Below, one piece after another: positions 61,075 to 64,000 of a stretch of DNA of 64,000 nt (position 1 is its first letter; the number at the start of each line of letters is the position of its first letter). The notes beneath the pieces are model-generated. The model made no database searches, was not told the DNA's origin, and worked only from the letters and a program-made list of their open reading frames with translations. The stretch covers positions 1,376,001 through 1,440,000 of the forward strand of contig CAVVXN010000005.1 in NCBI GenBank assembly GCA_963752285.1, in the 5' to 3' direction. This DNA is from an uncultured Planctomycetota bacterium (GTDB taxonomy: Bacteria > Planctomycetota > PLA2 > JAEUHO01). Position numbers and translations under genes: made by a program.

Positions 61075-63624
61075 TTGGCCAAGCGCTTCTACCACATTGC
61101 CTTCGAGCTCGGCGTGCCGCCGCGCACGTTCATCCGAGAGCTCGCGGGCGCAGGCCTCTCGGTCGGGAACCAGATGATCGTGATCCCGGAGGACCTGGAG
61201 TCCCGGATCCGGGAGGTGTGGGCCCAGGTGAACGCCCCGCCCGCGCCCGAGGCGCCGGCGCAGGTCGCCGCCGTCCCCGGCACGGACGGGCAGACGGAAC
61301 CGAGCGTGGGCGCCGAGGGGGTGGGCGAGCCCATGGATGTGGAGGAGGCCGAGCCTGCTTCGGAGCCCGCGACCCCCGTCGAGAGCGAGCCCCAGGAGGA
61401 GCCCGAGCTCGAGCCGGTCACGGCCGAGGCCCCGGCGTCCGAGGAGGCGGTCGAGCCCTCCGCGGAGGTCGAGGCGGAGGACGCGGCCGAGCCCACGCCC
61501 GCACCGCGAAAGCGCCGCGCGCGCACGGTGGACAAGGCGGGCGAGGCGCCGCCGTCCGTGGACCTCGTCCCGACGATCGACCCGCGCGCGGGCCGGCTCG
61601 TCAAGGAAGCGCCGCGTGCCGGCGTGCCCGGCGTGACGGTGCCGACGCGCGGACGTCCGGGCGACGTGCCGGTGCAGGACCTCAACCCGACGATCCCGCA
61701 GTCGGAACGGGCGCCGGGCCAGCGCCGCGACAGTCATCGCCGCAGCACGGTGCCCGACCGCTATCGCGGCAAGCGCGGCACCGAGACCTTCCACATGCGG
61801 CGCCGCTCGCCGACGAAGCGCATCGAGCCCGCCCGGCCGCGGCCCACGGAGCTCGAGGTCGAGCCGCCCATCAGCGTGAAGCGCCTCTCCGAGCTCTCGG
61901 GGCTCAAGGCGGCCGACATCGTCAAGGTGCTCTTCACCAAGCACAAGATGGTCGTGAACGTCAACTCGAACCTCGACAAGGACCAGCTCGAGCTCATGGG
62001 GCTCGAGTTCGACATCGACATCAAGTTCGTCAAGCGCGAGACCGCCGAGGACTCGCTCCTGGCGAAGGCGATGGTCGCGGACTCGGCGGAGGACCTCGCA
62101 CCGCGGCCCCCCGTGGTGACGATCCTCGGACACGTGGACCACGGAAAGACCACCCTCCTCGACTGCATTCGCCGCACGGACGTGGCGGCGCACGAGGCGG
62201 GCGGCATCACGCAGCACATCGGCGCGAGCCAGGTCACCCTCCCCGACGGCCGCAAGGTGACGTTCATCGACACGCCGGGCCACGAGGCGTTCACCGAGAT
62301 GCGCGCCCGCGGCGCCCAGGTCACGGACGTGGTGGTCCTGATCGTGGCGGCCGACGACGGCGTGATGCCCCAGACCATCGAGGCGATCAGCCACGCGAAG
62401 GCGGCCGGCGTGCCGATCATCGTGGCCATCACGAAGGTGGACAAGGCGAACGCCCAGCCGCAGCGCGTTCGCCAGCAGCTCGCCGAGCACGACGTCTACG
62501 TCGAGGGCTACGGCGGCGACGTCTCCGTCTTCGAGGTGTCGGGCATCACCGGCGACGGGGTCCCGCAGCTTTTGGAGCACCTCGCCCTGTTCGCCGAGGT
62601 GGAGGCGGAGCGCTTCCGCGCGAACCCGACGCGGCCTGCGCTGGGCACCGTGATCGAGGCCCAGAACAGCCCGCGCCGCGGCGTGGTGGCGACGGTCCTC
62701 GTCCAGAACGGCACGCTCCACCGCGGCGACGCGGTGCTCGCCGGCGAGTCCTGGGGCACGGTCCGCGCGATGTTCAACTACCTCGCCCAACAGGTGGACG
62801 AGGCGCGGCCCGGCGACCCCGCCGAGATCATCGGCCTCGACGACCCGCCCGAGGCGGGCAGCAAGTTCTACGTCCTCACGGACACGAACCTCGCGCGCCA
62901 GATCTCGGAGAAGCGGCGCCAGGAGAAGCGCGAGCGCGAGCTCGCCTCGCAGAGCAAGCCGACCACGCTCGAGTCCCTCTTCGGCAAGATCGAGGAGGGC
63001 AAGATCCAGGAGCTCAACGTCGTCCTGAAGGTGGACGTGCGGGGCTCGCTCGAGCCGGTCCGCGCGCTGGTGGACCGCCTCGGCACCGAGGAGGTGCGCG
63101 TCAAGGTGATCCACAGCGGGGTCGGCGCGGTGAACGACTCCGACGTCATCCTGGCGAGCGCGTCCACGGCGTGGATCATCGGCTTCAACGTCAACGTCGA
63201 TGAACGTGCGCGCGACCGCGCGAAGATGACGGGCGTGGACATCCGCACGTACCGCGTCATCTACGACATCGAGCAGGACGTGAAGGCCGCCCTCGAGGGC
63301 AAGCTGGCGCCGGAGCAGCGCGAGGTGGTGCTCGGCCACGCCGAGGTCCTCGCGATCTTCGCCTCGAGCCGGCTCGGCAAGATCGCGGGCTGCCGGGTGC
63401 GCGACGGCGTGATCCGCCGTGACGGCACGATCCGCGTCGTGCGGGGCGGGCAGGTCGTCCAGACCGCGCGGATGGCCGGCCTCCGCCGCGAGAAGGACGA
63501 GGCCCGCGAGGTGAAGGAAGGCTTCGAGTGCGGCATGCGCCTCGAAGGCTGGGACGCGTTCGAGGAAGGCGACATCCTCGAGTGCTTCACCGTCGAGGAG
63601 GTCGCCCGGACCCTCGGCGCGTAG
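61075..63624 (+). CDS. infB: Translation initiation factor IF-2
   Basis: [37 protein letters not shown] start inferred. Confidence 0.96.
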   Translation: MAKRFYHIAFELGVPPRTFIRELAGAGLSVGNQMIVIPEDLESRIREVWAQVNAPPAPEAPAQVAAVPGTDGQTEPSVGAEGVGEPMDVEEAEPASEPATPVESEPQEEPELEPVTAEAPASEEAVEPSAEVEAEDAAEPTPAPRKRRARTVDKAGEAPPSVDLVPTIDPRAGRLVKEAPRAGVPGVTVPTRGRPGDVPVQDLNPTIPQSERAPGQRRDSHRRSTVPDRYRGKRGTETFHMRRRSPTKRIEPARPRPTELEVEPPISVKRLSELSGLKAADIVKVLFTKHKMVVNVNSNLDKDQLELMGLEFDIDIKFVKRETAEDSLLAKAMVADSAEDLAPRPPVVTILGHVDHGKTTLLDCIRRTDVAAHEAGGITQHIGASQVTLPDGRKVTFIDTPGHEAFTEMRARGAQVTDVVVLIVAADDGVMPQTIEAISHAKAAGVPIIVAITKVDKANAQPQRVRQQLAEHDVYVEGYGGDVSVFEVSGITGDGVPQLLEHLALFAEVEAERFRANPTRPALGTVIEAQNSPRRGVVATVLVQNGTLHRGDAVLAGESWGTVRAMFNYLAQQVDEARPGDPAEIIGLDDPPEAGSKFYVLTDTNLARQISEKRRQEKRERELASQSKPTTLESLFGKIEEGKIQELNVVLKVDVRGSLEPVRALVDRLGTEEVRVKVIHSGVGAVNDSDVILASASTAWIIGFNVNVDERARDRAKMTGVDIRTYRVIYDIEQDVKAALEGKLAPEQREVVLGHAEVLAIFASSRLGKIAGCRVRDGVIRRDGTIRVVRGGQVVQTARMAGLRREKDEAREVKEGFECGMRLEGWDAFEEGDILECFTVEEVARTLGA

Positions 63625-63653
63625 CCGCACCGTTCGCGGGAGGCCCGACGTCG

Positions 63654-64000
63654 ATGCCGACCGAGCGACGCATCCAGCGCCTCGAGCAGCTGATCCTGGA
63701 GGTCGCGGCCGAGACGATCCAGCGCGAGGTGAGAGATCCGCGCATGGGCATGACGTCCATCACGCGGGTACAGCTCACGCGCGACCTCTCGCACGCGACC
63801 GTCTACTGGTCGAGCCTCGGGACCGAGAAGGCCCGTCGCCGCGTGGCGGACGCGGTGGAGAGCGCGCTGCCGCTCGTCCAGCGGCGGGTCGCCCAGGCGA
63901 TGCACACGCGTGTCACCCCCGCGCTCACGCTGACCTTCGACCCGTCGCTCGAGCGGGCCCAGCGGCTCGACGAGATCTTCCAGCATCTCCGTGAGGAGCG
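63654..64000 (+). CDS. rbfA: Ribosome-binding factor A (3' truncated by window edge)
   Basis: MPTERRIQRLEQLI...RDPR....ITRVQLTRDLSHATVYWS...P.L...FD.S; follows infB; absent from the ORF track. Confidence 0.9.
   Translation, partial: MPTERRIQRLEQLILEVAAETIQREVRDPRMGMTSITRVQLTRDLSHATVYWSSLGTEKARRRVADAVESALPLVQRRVAQAMHTRVTPALTLTFDPSLERAQRLDEIFQHLREE

Overview
Very GC-rich (roughly 70%+ by eye), gene-dense bacterial chromosomal window with about 56 CDSs. I found no rRNA, tRNA, CRISPR array or mobile element. HEAT/zinc-ribbon proteins, a DUF1570-like peptidase, the FabZ type and nusA-infB-rbfA without rimP suggest a Planctomycetota-like organism (inference). Contents in order: a 2-oxoacid dehydrogenase cluster in unusual order (E1beta-E2-E1alpha-E3); Kelch, BNR and Ig-repeat lipoproteins; a NodIJ-like ABC exporter; ggt; queC followed by an unusual fusion of an archaeal-type adenylate-kinase-like domain with a nucleoside-deoxyribosyltransferase-like domain; eno, pgi and a ROK kinase; an mdh-argC-argD-argF'-argB-argE-argH operon whose transcarbamylase looks N-succinyl-specific; an operon of HEAT lipoprotein, RsbW, STAS, MlaE, MlaD and cardiolipin synthase lying next to a candidate ceramide locus (SDR, spt, bCerS-like GNAT); HU; a TMTC-like GT-C/TPR protein; Hps-RraA and ThiS-ThiG fusions; and nusA-infB-rbfA. 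The strongest candidates for undescribed systems are the queC/kinase-NDT locus and the sphingolipid locus with its partner-switch Mla neighbour. All calls come from motif recognition; no database searches were run.
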